A stretch of 64,000 nucleotides of DNA from Selaginella moellendorffii (GCF_000143415.4 NW_003314300.1:1347014-1411013), one strand, 5' to 3'; counted from the first letter of the stretch, positions 1 to 13,634 are shown. Notes: generated by a model from the sequence alone, not told the origin. Program-made: numbers and translations.

Positions 1-1100
1 AGGATAACACCACGAAGCGGAACCTAAACCCTCTTTGTGCCACATGACAGATGCCACGTGTCACATGCCACGTGTCCATGCCATGTGTCCATAGGAACCT
101 GAGGTTCAGGGCCTTGGGCCACTGAACGAAGGAACGGTGCCAAACTCCCAAGCATGGAGCTAAGGAGTGATGGAACCGAACCACGGAGCAACTCCTGAGC
201 ATAAAGCCCAAGGAGCGAAGGGACAGGGGCCCGGAGCGACTTGGAACAGTCCTAGAGTAACCAGCATCCCAATGCCAGGACCAGCACGCAAAACGGAGCC
301 AAACGGAGTCTGGCGCTATTTCGGCATACCGGTGGCCTAACGCAAGGATATGGGTACTCCACCAACTAGCATGGAATGGAACTTGGGCTTAGACCCAAGC
401 CGGACGCAGAACAAGGACAGGCATGCAAGCGGGAGCTAGACTATGCCTCAGGTTGGTCGGCCATGCCCGACCTACCCACTATCCCTACTATACATTTGGA
501 ACCCCCCACAGCCCGCCCCCCCCTTGAGGAACACACACTTTGGGCTTTCACCCCAAGCCTCCCTTAGTATTAGGAGTTAGTCTCTGGGACAAGCTCGAAA
601 CTTACTAAATATGGAATGTCCCTAGATTGCGAATTTGGACATGGGACGAACACCATTGTATTCAGGACGATCTCTACATTCCGTAGATATGCCAAATGAG
701 CAAATCTGGACACTTTCCATAATTAGCATTTGGGACTGAAATGAGACTAACACAAAGGGCATGATAGCGAGGGTGTTTGGCAGACACGGTAAGCTATCAT
801 CCGGCGATATTGAGGGACCAATCTCAATACGCGAAGGTTCTTGCCAAGCCAGTGCAAGACAAAGCAAAAGAGAACTAAGAGCCAGGCCAAGTATGCTCAG
901 CTAGAAACACATAGGAGTTCCTACCTTATGTCCATCTGGCTAAGTACAGGTGCTAAGCCCAGTAAACTAACACTTGAACAAGAGGGACTGATAAAGGGAA
1001 CCAGCAATACCGACCTCCTGCCATCGTGGTAGTAAGGTAAGAGTGTCCGTAAGGACTAGCCGACAGGTAACTTTCGATACCCGAAGTCACATTCGCGACA
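1..1100 (-). mobile_element. LTR of an LTR retrotransposon (copy 1; runs off the window edge)
   Basis: Colinear similarity with 8507-9397. Ends at ...cattcgcgaca (1100), i.e. begins TGTCGCG on the minus strand, at the same position as copy 2. Confidence 0.7.
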
Positions 1101-1439
1101 CTGATATAACAAACAAATTTGTACTAGTGCTTGCCTCATGAAGGCATGGCTCATCCATACCTACCTAGAACGCCTTTGTCACGCTAACACCTGAGCCAGG
1201 TGGGAACATACTGTCGGGACAAAATCCTAGATGTCCCGACGGAATGGCCTCTATGCCACATAACCAATAATAGAAATTCTCCAAAAATGTATAAATCATA
1301 TAAACTATATAGGTCTAATAGTAAAATCCTAAGGACAAAACACAAAACAAAACAATAAGACACTAAACTAACTCAATTAGATAATGAAGGGGTGCAATCC
1401 AATTAATTGACGCATGATTGCACTAGATCAAGACCCCTC

Positions 1440-1600
1440 ATGTCACCATAACTGTTGATACCCTGGCTTGTACTCCATTAAAATGTGCTAAATTGCATGT
1501 TTCCCACACAACTTGGACCCCCATTGCTAACCAGACTGCCCATCTAGTGTGGCCCAGAGCCTCCCACACAAGGACCCTTATCTTTGCCCCTATCTCATCC
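1440..1600 (-). mobile_element. Possible LINE ORF2 C-terminal remnant
   Basis: Minus-strand translation WAVWLAMGVQVVWETCNLAHFNG resembles the W..IW..RN...F.G motif that follows zf-RVT in plant L1 ORF2. Confidence 0.35.
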
Positions 1601-1619
1601 TAGTGCACTCGAATCCCTC

Positions 1620-3660
1620 AGCTGGGATGTCCCCTCACCCCCTATCTATTTCTCATCGTCACAGATGCACTTGGGGCCTTTCTAGCTGTTGGAGGAGGGG
1701 TAAAAGGCCTAGTGCTCCCTGTAGAATGGCAATAACTTCTGGGGACAGAGAGGGTTAACCAGCTGGGTAGGGCATTTGCAGATGACACGACACTGTTTTT
1801 GCTCACCACATTAGAGAATCTAGATGTAGCTAGGGCCAAGTTGGAGGTCTTCAACCTTGCTGTAGGAGCAGCAATAAACTGGAACAAATCGATTGGGATC
1901 AACTGAGGGAAGCTGGGGATTGAAGGATGGGGACAAGCACTCAGCTTCCAATGGCTTCATCCGGGAGATGATGCAAGATACCTGTGCATCTAGGTAGGCA
2001 CAAAGTTTAGTGCCAAGTTGTAGGACGACATCCTACTCAGGAGAATCAGCATGACCATCCAAAAGTGGGCCCTAAGGAAACTCAGAATCCTAGTGAGGAT
2101 TGTGGTTGCTAAATGTGTAGTGCTGCCCAACATTTGGTACCACCTGGCAATTTGGCCTATTTTGGAGTCCACAATAAAGATGGTACACACATATGTCTGA
2201 AGAGGGGCGTTGGCCATAGGATACATAATGGCAAAGGTTGTATGGTAGTCTACAGCTTGGCCATGAATCCTAGGAGGATTGGGTATCATTGACTTGAGTG
2301 ACATGCCAAAGGTGATGAGATACAAGTTTATACTCATGGGACTTTAGCCAGGTTGGCAATCATGGCATCTCATCTTCTGACAGAGCTTGGTGACAATTCA
2401 CCCCAAGCATAATATGGCCCAGGTCTGGGAGGTAGATCCGGACCAATGCAGGTGGTCAAAGGAGGCAACTTGATCTAGGGTATCTATTAATTGTGGAGGA
2501 CATTCCCATTGTCACAAGTCACCCCAAGAAGGGCAAAGGGCTGGCTCAACCAGCCCCTATTCTTCAATGCATTGTTTTGGATGGGGGACAACACACTAGA
2601 CAAGGAGCCACACTATACCATTTGGAGAAAACTCCACTCTAATAGCTTCCAAACTTTGAAGGACCTCATAGGGGTGGTGGACAAAGACACTAGGACAACA
2701 ATAAGATGGCTATAGGGTTTTGGCCTGTGGGAAAGATGAAACCTCCAAGTAGACATTTTATGACTCTTAAGGAAGGGGGCAAGTGGCCAAGACGTCACCT
2801 CAGAACAGGAGACTTCATCATGGTGCAGAGGGACTCAAAGTGGGAGGAACAAATGTGGAGCAGTCCCTACTGGGTTCCTGGAACCAGGCTTTCACAGCCC
2901 CCACTCCTGCTTGGTCAAATGAGGATGTGGAGGTATGGTTTGTGATTTCACCAATGGACAATATAGGGCGACCCTTTAGAGTCACAAGAGAAGACATGCT
3001 TCTCCTTGCAAGAGAAGCACAGGTAATGCCACAGGTATCAGATGACGAGGTCAAAGGACAGATACAGGTTTTACATTAGACTCCCAAACAGCTTGATGTG
3101 GTAGAATTAGAAGCTGTCCTAGAAGGGGACAGACTACTGGTATAGTGGTAGTAGCAATTACTTGAGGATCTAGATTGGGATCCTGGTAGTAAGGAGAATG
3201 GATTTTTCTCATATGCAGTCAAAGAGGCACGGAATGGGCTACTAACGTCTTAGGAGGAGGTGACAGAGGAAATTCTGAAGCTGTGGCAAAAGAGAATTGC
3301 ACAAGGCATGGATGCAGAACAAGTGGTGGGAAACACATTGGACTTCTGGAAGCTCTTGATCCAAGAGAAGGCTAAAGTTACATCTTGGCTGGTGGCTACC
3401 AATGGTCTCCCGGTTGGCCAGTGGTTCCAAAAGGAGGCGAAATAGAGGTGCAAGGAATGCAGCAAAGTGGAAATAGTTAGTCATGCACTATGGGGGTGCG
3501 ATGTGGCCAAGGAGGTGTGGCAGCAGATCTTTATAGTAGTGAAGGACCTTGGGATCTCACAGGACTTCAAGGCTCAATGTGGAGACATCCTACATTGGTT
3601 CAAGGGGGCTAGGAGCCCTGCCACAGGTCTTGCATGGAGGCACATCAGGTGCAAGGGACG
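1620..3660 (+). mobile_element. Degenerate L1-clade LINE reverse transcriptase (C-terminal half plus zf-RVT)
   Basis: GCPLTPYLFLIVTDALG (~1625), FADDTT (~1775), AAINWNKS, GGLGIIDL (~2275), CKECSKVEIVSHALWGC (~3450). Many stops and frameshifts. Confidence 0.85.
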
Positions 3661-3954
3661 CCACTATTTTACTGATCTCCTAGTTGAAAGCTCACTCCCA
3701 TCTTGCCATTTATTGTGACTCGACTCTCTGCTCTTTGATACAGCAGTGAGCTCCTTATGACCATCACCTGTGGAATCCCAATCCTCCGCATTTACTCTTC
3801 TAAAAAGTTCTAGTCCACTCTATCGTACACTTTTTTGGGGTCTAGCAGCCATGCCACAATTTGTTATTCTGAGATCTCCACCCATCGTTGTGCCAGTAAG
3901 TAGGTCCATATGTTCTCCAAAATCTTACGTCTTGGCACAAACCCTATCTACCGT

Positions 3955-4780
3955 TCTTTGATGATCAGAGGCATTACCAGTTGGAGTTTGAGTGCCATTG
4001 TCTTCGCATAGATTTTGTATAACATTTTGAGCATGGTGATTGGTCTCCAATTCCTGAGTGGCAGCTGGCCTCCTACTACCTAGGCACACACCCAAAGGAG
4101 GATGTGTGCACCTCCATGTCTGCAGTAGCATTGGGCCAAAGGTGTCCCAATACTCCTCATAAAATGCTTGGAGGAGGCCATCCCCTCCTGGGGGTTTGTT
4201 GTCACTTAGCTTCTCCAATGCAGTGTGCAAATCTTCCAGATTGAGATCTTCCTCCAGGTTATGATTCCACTTGCCTGGGATACAATGAGGAAGGGAGGCT
4301 ACTACTCTGTCTGCTGCATGATCCCTTGTCTCTGTCTATGGTTGAGCCATGTACAGTGCCTGGTAAAACTCTTGGGCCAATTTTTGTATACCCTGCTGGT
4401 CCTCCACAAACGCTCCATCACCTCATTTCAATCCTAGGATTGGTGGGGAGTCCATGACTGGCCAAATCCTCTTATAATATGCCTTGCTGAGGAGCCACTC
4501 ATTCATCACCTAGATATCCTCCATAATCCGGACCCCTAAGCTCCACACGACATACTCCTTTTCTCCCAGTTCCACTTCCCTCTCATCTAGTGTTGCCTAC
4601 TATTTGACTGTGTCCACCTCTCGCAATACCATTCATTGCATTGGTACCACCTTTTGTCTAGTCAGTCTTAGCTCCTTGAGGACTTCTCCCTTCCTCCTAG
4701 GATTGGCCCAATGATTGCCAATAAGATCCAGCATTAGAGTCATACCAAAATCTACTACATGGCTGATGATTTAGTGGGGA
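3955..4780 (-). mobile_element. Degenerate LINE ORF2, pre-RT and RT N-terminal part
   Basis: KPPGGDGLLQAFYEEYW (SPGPDG-like) and NWRPITMLKMLYKIYAK on the minus strand. Confidence 0.8.
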
Positions 4781-4916
4781 GACAATGGATTTCACAAGGA
4801 GTGCAACAAAGAACTCAACTCAGCAAAGAACAAAACACACAGACGAGCTTGATATTTCAGAGAAGATTAGCAATCTGTGTCGTCATTGCTGTGGCTCAGC
4901 ACTAGCAGCAATGTGG

Positions 4917-4940
4917 TGGGGGTGGGGGTGGGGGTGGGGG
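4917..4940 (+). repeat. (TGGGGG)4 G-rich tandem repeat
   Basis: Seen directly; four G5 runs. Confidence 0.8.
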
Positions 4941-6148
4941 CAGTGGCAGAAGCGGCAGTTCCTTGATAAGCAACACTCTAGTGGGCAATACATGTATTGC
5001 CATGTAGAGGGGTTATAAAATTATTACATACAACTTAATTCAATCCAATGGCTCCTAATGGGCTGATCATCTTAATGGGAAAGCCACTACCCATTAAAAA
5101 CCATTCCTTTTGTGTTTTCTCTTGTTTGGAGATGCTAATCTAGAATTATGAATCAATTAAAATAAGCATGTGAGAGTAATTTTAGGGATTATATAGGAAG
5201 CAAATGACAATATGACCACAATGGCACACTAAATTTAAATGATAATGCAGATTTCATACCCAAACTTAATAACCTTGGGTAGGAGTGAACATGGTTTGAA
5301 AGGTGTTAAAGAATTAAACACTTGATATTGGGGGTGGTTGTGAGTTTGAAAGTTAGAACAACCTATTATTCATTTAGATTAATCTTGTATTTTATATGTT
5401 TAAAATTTCTAAACTTTCCTAAACACTTCCCAGTATATTCTTGTTTACAATAGTATTTATTTGTCCACATTGCCTTTCAACTAAAAAAACATTTTGTTAG
5501 GAGTTTGAGAATTTGTAACTATCATATAGACTTCACTTAATACTCTATATGTTTTGGACACTTTAGTTGAGCTTAGAGTTTGCAAAGTGAGTGGCCAGAA
5601 GAAGATGCTACTTTGTGGCACCATATGAGTTAAGGTATGTCATTTGTTTCTCATGCTTAACAAGTGGACCAAGCTTGGCTAAAATGGGTACTAATAGAGA
5701 AAGAAATTGCAATAGTTGTTGCTATGACATTTGTTTTCTTTTTGTATAGTGGCTACCTTAGCACTTGTGGATCTTGTTGAGTCTATGAACTAGATTTAGT
5801 TAAATTGAATGAAAATAAACAGTTGAATTTTAGAAAAATCCCTTAAAGCTGAGTATGTAGGATCTAATTTGACTTAGAATGGAAAGTCATATTTGCATTC
5901 TTAAACATCTTCATAACAAATAAGAAAGTTAAATTTTTCAGGAGTTCATCATCAAAAGAAGGGAAGATGACAAAATTAATCAAATACTAAACAATAAAAA
6001 TGAAAAAAAATGAATTTATAACACTCTAAGTAGAGGCTTTAGAAACTAATCTGGTCTAACCCTCACCTAAATCTAATCTGGGTATGGGTCTATGCTAATC
6101 ATCCATATGTATAGTAAATCTTGAGTTCAAATCCCATAAATAGACGTT

Positions 6149-9100
6149 TGACTAGTAATAATGAATATATTCATTAATAAATATAGAGAGATAGTAAATA
6201 TGTGATATCATTTCTTTTTCGATGCCAAGGATTTCGATAAGTGGCAACTAAAGTGGTGTAGAATCAGGTTTAAGTGAATATCACCTATGGTAATTTAGAA
6301 AGATAAAACAAATACTGACAATAACATCAGGTGGTGGTGGAATACAAGTGTTATCAAATAAAACATGATAAAGTTTTAATAAAAAAATAAAGAACACCAC
6401 ATGCAAACCTATGAATGGTGGAAGATTGAGCTGATAAATGAACGTAAAGGTGTGAGAGTACACAGAAAAGACCCAAATGTTGATAATCCAACTTATTGCA
6501 ATGATATGTAATCTTCTAATAATGACAAAGAAGCTAAGCTTTTGATCTAACTAAAAAAATAAGAATTAAGTTGTTATGAATAATCAACAATATGGTGATA
6601 AGTAGCTTGAACATAAAAAAAGTCATGATAAATTTGTTCTGAAGAGAATTCAAGGTAGTAGCATGAACAACAACAAAATCATTTGTAAGACTTAAATTTT
6701 ATACAAAAAGAATATGATTAAATGAAAGCTATAGTTGATAAAGATTGAAGAGTGATGCATTGTAAAAATTATTATAAGCATATTTAGCAAAAAAAATGAA
6801 ATCAACCTAATTAGTCTGTTGATGAAAAATAAAATATCAAAGATACTATTTAAGAGTTTAAATAATATACTAGAGTTGTCTATCAGTTTGAGGATGGTGA
6901 GAAGTGGATAGTTTGCTTTTGATATAAAGAAGGAAAGAAATTTACACCAAAAGTTGGAAACAAACTAAGGCCTTTAATCACTGACAATATCATTCAATAA
7001 TTCATAAAGGCCTAAAATGTCTTTGTAAATAAGCTTAGATACTTTCAATCAATCATCCTATAACATGGCAAAAAATTATTATTTAAAAAAAAAATTAACC
7101 ATAATAAAGATACTGTCAAATCTTCAAAAAGGTGGAAAATAAGTAAGGAAATCTATAGAGATAGATTCCTAAGGCCATAGAGCAAAAGGTTAAAAAAGAC
7201 AAAATAAAGCATGTTTCGACATTTTGGTTCACTAATATATATCACAAGTATGGATAAAATTTTTAACATACTTGCACATATAAGGCCACCAAAATTGTCA
7301 TTATTCCAATCTTAGAAATCATGGCAGGATGATATATAATTACATCTCACCATCAAATGATACAACTAAGAATGTTGATGAAGGAACCCATCCCAAAATT
7401 AAAGAAATCAATAATCACTATGCTATGTTGAAAAATCATTGAAAGAAATGATTATCAAACTTTTTAAACAAATGAATCGGTGGCTTGAACTATAATTTAT
7501 AACTTAATGGAGTGATCAAATAAAATAAAAATTATGTAAGGAAGTTTATTTAGAAGCAAGGGGAATTAAGAAGAGTTTGATGTTGGAGATCAAATATAAG
7601 TCTCCAAGTGAGTGTATGAGATAATTACATCAGAAAAAAACTTTAACTTTCCCATTTGCTTTCTTTGCAAAAGGTACAATTATAAATTAAAAATAGGATA
7701 GTGATCATGACTACCAAGTTTAATATTGATTAAGGATGCATACTAAAAATAAATACTGGAAGTTCTTATGATCATTGTAAATAGTAGTTATGTAGAGATA
7801 ACCTTTAAGGAACTGACACTAATTTTCAAAAGGATCAAATAGCTCTTTGTTAAAGATTAATAATTGATCTTTATAGTTGTATACTTTCAATAGAGGAAAA
7901 AAATTAGGTGAAGCTCACTATTTATTCCTTCCTATGATAATACAATGCCTAAAGCAAAATCTAAACCATTTTGCTCAACAAAATATAGTTTTGTATTTTT
8001 CAGATGGATGAGAACTAAAGTAAAAGCAAATGCCTTTAGAAGATCAAAATAAGTCTATACAATAGAAGACCCCACACAAAAGGGGAATTTTTTTATAGTG
8101 AATTATATAAAAGGAAGAGTGACCTTGGAAAAATCTAAAATGAAGTGCTGATAAAAGTTCACAATGTTAAGGAAACATTAAATATTACAAATATAAGTTT
8201 GTCATTACCACTCAAAACTGGTAAAAACCTTCGTAGAATCCATGATGATGTTACATGAAAGAACAATATAACCTAAAAACTTTACCAAATCTTGATAAAA
8301 AAAACATTTCTTTAACTTTGTAAAAAAACCATATTGCTAAAGGTGTTGGAGAACAAAGTAAATATGATAATTGTGCTCTTAAGTCTTAGAGAAGGTAAGA
8401 ATGTCATCAAGATAGATGACAATAAAAAGGTCAAGAAAATCACAAAACCATTATTTATCAATTGAAAAACAGTTATATAAAGTATATAGTTTATACCTTT
8501 TATCATAGGATAACCATAGAGTGGAACATAACCCTTAGACATGTGGCCAAAGAGTAATAAAGTGGAATTTAAGCTTTAAGGCCTTGAGCCACTGAACAAA
8601 AGAATGGAGCTAAACTCCCAAGCATGAAGTTAAAAAACTGGAGCATAGAATGATATTGGAAAAATCCTAGAACATCTTGTATCCTAATGCTAAGACTAGA
8701 ACACAAAAAGGAGTTAAACAGAGTATACTATTATTTCTATATATTGGTGGCTTGACGCGAGGATATGGGTATGGTAATTACTAATATGATATCGAGCTTA
8801 AGCTTAAACCTAAGTCAAATGTAGAACAAAGACAAACACACAAGCAAGGACCTAAATTATGTTTCAGGTTGGTCGACCATGCGTAACCTACCCATCATTC
8901 TTATTATACATTTGGAACCCCTAACAACCCCTTATAACCTTATTAAATATGGAATGGCATTAAATTGTAAATTTGGATGTGGGAATAACACTATTCTGTA
9001 GAATAATCTCTACATTCTTTAGATATGGCTCACTCACAAATTTAGACACTTTCCATAAATAACTAATAAAATTAAATAAGACCAATATATAGAGTATGAT

Positions 9101-11161
9101 AGTAAGTAAGGGTGTTTGGAGAAGATAATACACAAGGGTCACTAGCTAATATGAAGCATAATGAGATAAAAACTCCTTACCAAGCTAAGTATGCTTAGTT
9201 AATAGTATGTAGAAATTCCATCCTTATACTCATCCGGTTTAAGTATACTTGAAATGCTTAGTTAACTCCTTTAGCACAAAAAGGACTAATGAAGGGTCCA
9301 ACAGTACTGATCTCTTGCTATTATGGCAGTAAAAGATGAATATTTAAAAGGACCAATTAACATATAACTTTCGATATCCACAATCATATTCACAACACTC
9401 TCCCCCCCTTAGGGAAGATCAATGTCTTTGTCAATATATACTTTAATTTAGATCACCACTAAGGAAACAACTCTAGAAAAAAAATTATGATATTCACACT
9501 TTGTGAGAAATACACCAACTTATGAGTTAGGCGGCAACTTCTTTATCTAATGCAAATACGCTATAACTTAGACACCTTCTAATTGTCACCAACAAAGAAA
9601 TGACTAATAGAATCAATCATCTTTACTATTTTAGATATCACCTAAATTACAAAAGATGATATGCCTTTGCTTGCAGGTGATATAGGGAGAAAAGCCAAAA
9701 GCCTGAATAAATAAATTAAATTCATCAATAGACCACTATAAATATGTAGTTAGAGTTGACATAGTCATGCCCTTTTAACGAAAGTAGGAACATTGAAAAA
9801 GAGGTGGATTATATGACCAAATAATAATAACTACCCCATAACTAAAGATTTCACTATACATATAAAGTGTTGAAACCATTCTATCTATACTAGTTTAAAA
9901 CTTAAAGATCAAGAGATGGACACTATCAAAGTCATAAGCAAAGATATTTTAGAGATATCAAATTATCAATAAGTAAATCTTATATAAGAACACCAAAGTA
10001 TTCCAAATAAGTTATCATCCAATAAACAAGTATAATAGAGGAACTAGCAAGATCATTATAGTTTGAAGGCATATAATTAATCATCTAGCAAAATTTAATA
10101 GCAAGTATACCATTATGAAAACTCAATAATAAAACTTAACTACCAAAGATTGCAAATAATATACCAAAAAACTTATAAAAATAGCTCAAAGAATACAAAG
10201 AATTATTGACTATATAAGTAAAATGCTCACAAATATATCACTTGAAAAAAATAATATCCCAATTTATCAAAACCAACTTTAGTAATAATTGATAGAAAAA
10301 AATAAATAACACAAGAGACAACAATAATTATCATTCTAGCCAATCTGAATAAATTCCAATCAACAATATTGAGTTGCTAAAGTAAGCATTAGTAACATCT
10401 TACCAATATGTCAAACCCAAGAGACTAATTCAAAACAAATAATAAAGAACATGTGGTAATGCAAAAAGCTAAAAGCTATTAAGATATAACTAACTATTAA
10501 AAAATATTACTGATCATCCCATTAATATAGATGTACATTCATCATTGAATGACAATCCACCATCCTACAAAATCATCCACCACTAACAATAACCAAGCAA
10601 AAATCTAACAAGAACAATTAACTATCCCAAAATGGTAGTCAATTATCATCAACTACTATTGATGTTGAATAATTTACTATAATTGAAATGGAGTGGATCC
10701 AATCTAGGTATATTGACATCATTATGACACAAGGTTTAGAATACCACATTTCTTTTGCCTATTGATATTAGTGCTCTATCTAATTTCAATATTCTTTCTT
10801 TTTTATTGTGAGGATTGATGGTAATATTCTAATATGAAAAGATTATTGTTGATTAGGAATCCTTTTTGTTGGACTTACAATATCCTATAACAAACTTTCT
10901 AATAATTGTTTATAACTTCATGCTAAGACATCACTTCTAAGATCCATATCATTATGCTGTTGGTTAGATCTCATCATCCTTCTACACTAAAAGGCTTGCA
11001 AGCTATCTTAGACTAATAAAAATAATAAATAATTTAGAGCAGAAGTAAAAAAGTGATATTCTGAGAACTATATTTTACTTGTAAGAAACCAATTCCTACT
11101 CTGGCTAGTAGTAGTGAATATACTCTTTATTAAATATAGAGAGATGACAAAATATGTGATA
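6149..11161. mobile_element. Highly decayed AT-rich retroelement remnant bounded by ~60-bp direct repeats
   Basis: 6149-6207 resembles 11102-11161 (ctagta.ta.tgaatata...taaatatagagagat...aatatgtgata). No intact ORFs in between. Confidence 0.4.
8507..9410 (-). mobile_element. LTR copy 2 (3' LTR) with adjacent polypurine tract
   Basis: Aligns to 1-1100. Minus strand reads AAGGGGGGGAGAG (PPT, 9398-9410) directly followed by TGTTGTG (LTR start, 9397). Confidence 0.75.
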
Positions 11162-11980
11162 AAATTGATTATACTTTTTTGTTTTAAGTAATTCTCTTTA
11201 ACTATTTTTAAAAAAGGTTCTAGAAATAAAATTTGGAGATTATTTTTTATAATTTATATTAGCATATCTATGTGATTACAGCAAACTTATTAGTAGTGAC
11301 TACGGGAAAAATGTAAGTACTTGGCATGATTAAACTACACGGTGTAAAACAGAAATAAAAATAGTTGATACAAATAAAAGAGAATTTTTCTGGAGAGTAG
11401 TAGACAAGAGAAAATACAATACTACATTAAGATCTGAATTCAAAAGTGTCAGACAAATAATATACTAGAAACATTGTATTGCAAAGGATAATTCAATTAT
11501 ACAATAAAATCAAAGTTGTAACTTCTAGCATGGTTTATTTAAGCATAAAAATCAAACATTAATACATATTTATGATACAATCAAGAATTGAAATGTTCTT
11601 AATGTTTGACAGTAGAAAAATATATGATTCATTTTGACTTTACTCATTCTATATAAAATACATTGTAGCAACACTTGAATTAATTTTTAATCTAATTTTT
11701 AATTTAATGTTTCTCCAATTTTTATTTATTTATTATATAATATATTTATTATTCTTATTATTTTTATTTCTTTTTGGTGGAGATCCAAAAAATAGAACTT
11801 GCCTAATCTTGCCCTAATCTCCTCTATCTAAGGAGATTTTGGTTCCGAATACCATTGTTTCTTCAAGATTTCATCAGCATCACTATTCTGTTATATGTTT
11901 TCTTTCTCCAAGACAAGACGAGAACTATTTTATCTTAGCAACAATCTCTTGAATTCATTCTGACTCCTTTGAATCCATAT

Positions 11981-12934
11981 CTAATTTCCCAGGGCTCTCC
12001 ACAAGAGTTCTTGGTTGTCTGTATCAACTATTTCTACATTGCCATAGTCAGTTACCAATAAACTTGCCGTTATCACGCAAGAATGCTTATTGTCATGACA
12101 ATATATATTTGTGTGCCATAGGATACCCTTTCCCTTGTCAACTATGAAAAGATTGCCATCTCTTTTTAATATCGCACAGTAGCAAATATGTGATGTGTTT
12201 GGACTCTCCCATATAATAATATGACCCATTTTGTATAAAACAAGTTTACAGTTCATTTCTAGAGTTAATTTGTACTTGTTATTACCAGAGACTAAACTAT
12301 TTTCTGGTAAAATGTAAGAACCCACAACACCATAGTCACCTCCAGAGAGCCCAGACCGGAATATCCAGCAGCTTCCCTGATCATTATCATCAAGATTAGA
12401 AACTATGTTTGTATGTAAAAGACCATGCAAACTATCCTGATAACTTAGAATTGTGTATTCGATCCTAAAATTCATATATTCTACTCTTATAGCCCCACAG
12501 AAAAATGTCCTCTCATTGTTGGATGCCGCTTGTTCTCTTAATGCATCACGTAGGATAGAAAAATAGCCCCACAAAGTAGCACCACCATATTGAATTGTCC
12601 GCACCCCACCCTGTGTACACACCAAAGGAATTGCAGTATCAGTTGAAATATGTGGTGTGCTCACAGCAAGAACAATTCTTATTCCGAATCGACTAAAACT
12701 ATGCGTGAATGACCAGCTTTGGAGATAATATCTTTCCAGGGTAGAAAATGATGAAATATAATTGGTTATAGCATCTAAAAGACTTTCAAATTCAACCCGT
12801 GATAGATAATATGCCATGCCCAAATATGATACTTGTGGTAAAACTCTTGGAACTGCCGGGGGTGGGAATGGCTGAGAGAGTGAAAGTTGGAACAAAACTG
12901 ATACGATCACAAGCATTTCAGTAGTGTAATTCAT
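11981..12934 (-). CDS. Secreted protein: unknown N-terminal domain plus C-terminal bulb-type (B) lectin domain
   Basis: Intact intronless 317-aa ORF. Hydrophobic signal-like N-terminus (MLVIVSVLFQLSLSQ). C-terminus LVSGNNKYKLTLEMNCKLVLY..IWES..LKRDGNLFIVD..LWHTN..TDYGNVEIVD..LLW has the B-lectin three-repeat pattern. TATAAAA ~35 nt upstream of the ATG. Confidence 0.8.
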   Translation of the reverse strand: MNYTTEMLVIVSVLFQLSLSQPFPPPAVPRVLPQVSYLGMAYYLSRVEFESLLDAITNYISSFSTLERYYLQSWSFTHSFSRFGIRIVLAVSTPHISTDTAIPLVCTQGGVRTIQYGGATLWGYFSILRDALREQAASNNERTFFCGAIRVEYMNFRIEYTILSYQDSLHGLLHTNIVSNLDDNDQGSCWIFRSGLSGGDYGVVGSYILPENSLVSGNNKYKLTLEMNCKLVLYKMGHIIIWESPNTSHICYCAILKRDGNLFIVDKGKGILWHTNIYCHDNKHSCVITASLLVTDYGNVEIVDTDNQELLWRALGN

Positions 12935-13228
12935 TCTGTTGTCATTCCTGGGTCAAGAAGTCATGTTTTTTATATCCAAAATTAAATTACCCCAGCTTTG
13001 ATTTTATCATACTGTCATCGTCCTTTACAATAGCATACTAAATGAGTTTGAATTGACTGCTATTTTGGCTAATAACTATTAGAATTCTTTTGGTAATATA
13101 AGTTTTAAAATGTTTTGCTTTTTCTTCTTGTATTTACTAATCCCTCTTTACCAGTCTTAAATGCATTTTGAAATATACATTGAATTAATCTTATACACTC
13201 CAATTTTATTTTTATTTCCCCCCTCCTC

Positions 13229-13634
13229 ACAGGTTTTCTAAAGCCCCACTCACGGCATATGCTTGAATGAGTGCATTCATGGGATAGCGTTGTGGTGCTT
13301 CATTTTGTGGAACACTTTGCTGGCATTCACCAGACTGCCACACCTGGACTAGACGGTGACAAGGCTGCTAGCAATGTAGAGATTGTCTTCCAAACCATTG
13401 TCAATAATACTAGCATGGATTTTCCTTGCCTCGTCTATATCTCTAGAAGACTTGAGCTGTGAAAGGATGGGCACAATACTTCTCACACTTGCATTGCTCG
13501 AGTGCTGGAAGGAGGACACTAGCCATGGCTGCATTGCACGAAGAATTATGGAGAGCTCGAATATTATCCACCTTGTGATTCTCCTTAAAATTTGCCATAT
13601 GGCTGAGTTTTATCCACCTTAGTTGCCATGTCAA
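13229..13634 (-). pseudogene. PLS-PPR fragment
   Basis: RDIDEARKIHASIIDNGLEDNLYIASSLVTV*SRCGSLVNASKVFHKM: PPR L/S motifs with an in-frame stop. Confidence 0.7.

Noticed and set aside
1212-1241. Short hairpin gtcgggaca...tgtcccgac
   Set aside because: 9-bp stem in TE debris; no adjacent CTRR end or other support for a Helitron terminus.
6252-6270. Possible degenerate PBS (tggtgtagaatcagg) after the 6149 repeat
   Set aside because: Too many mismatches to TGGTATCAGAGC to call.
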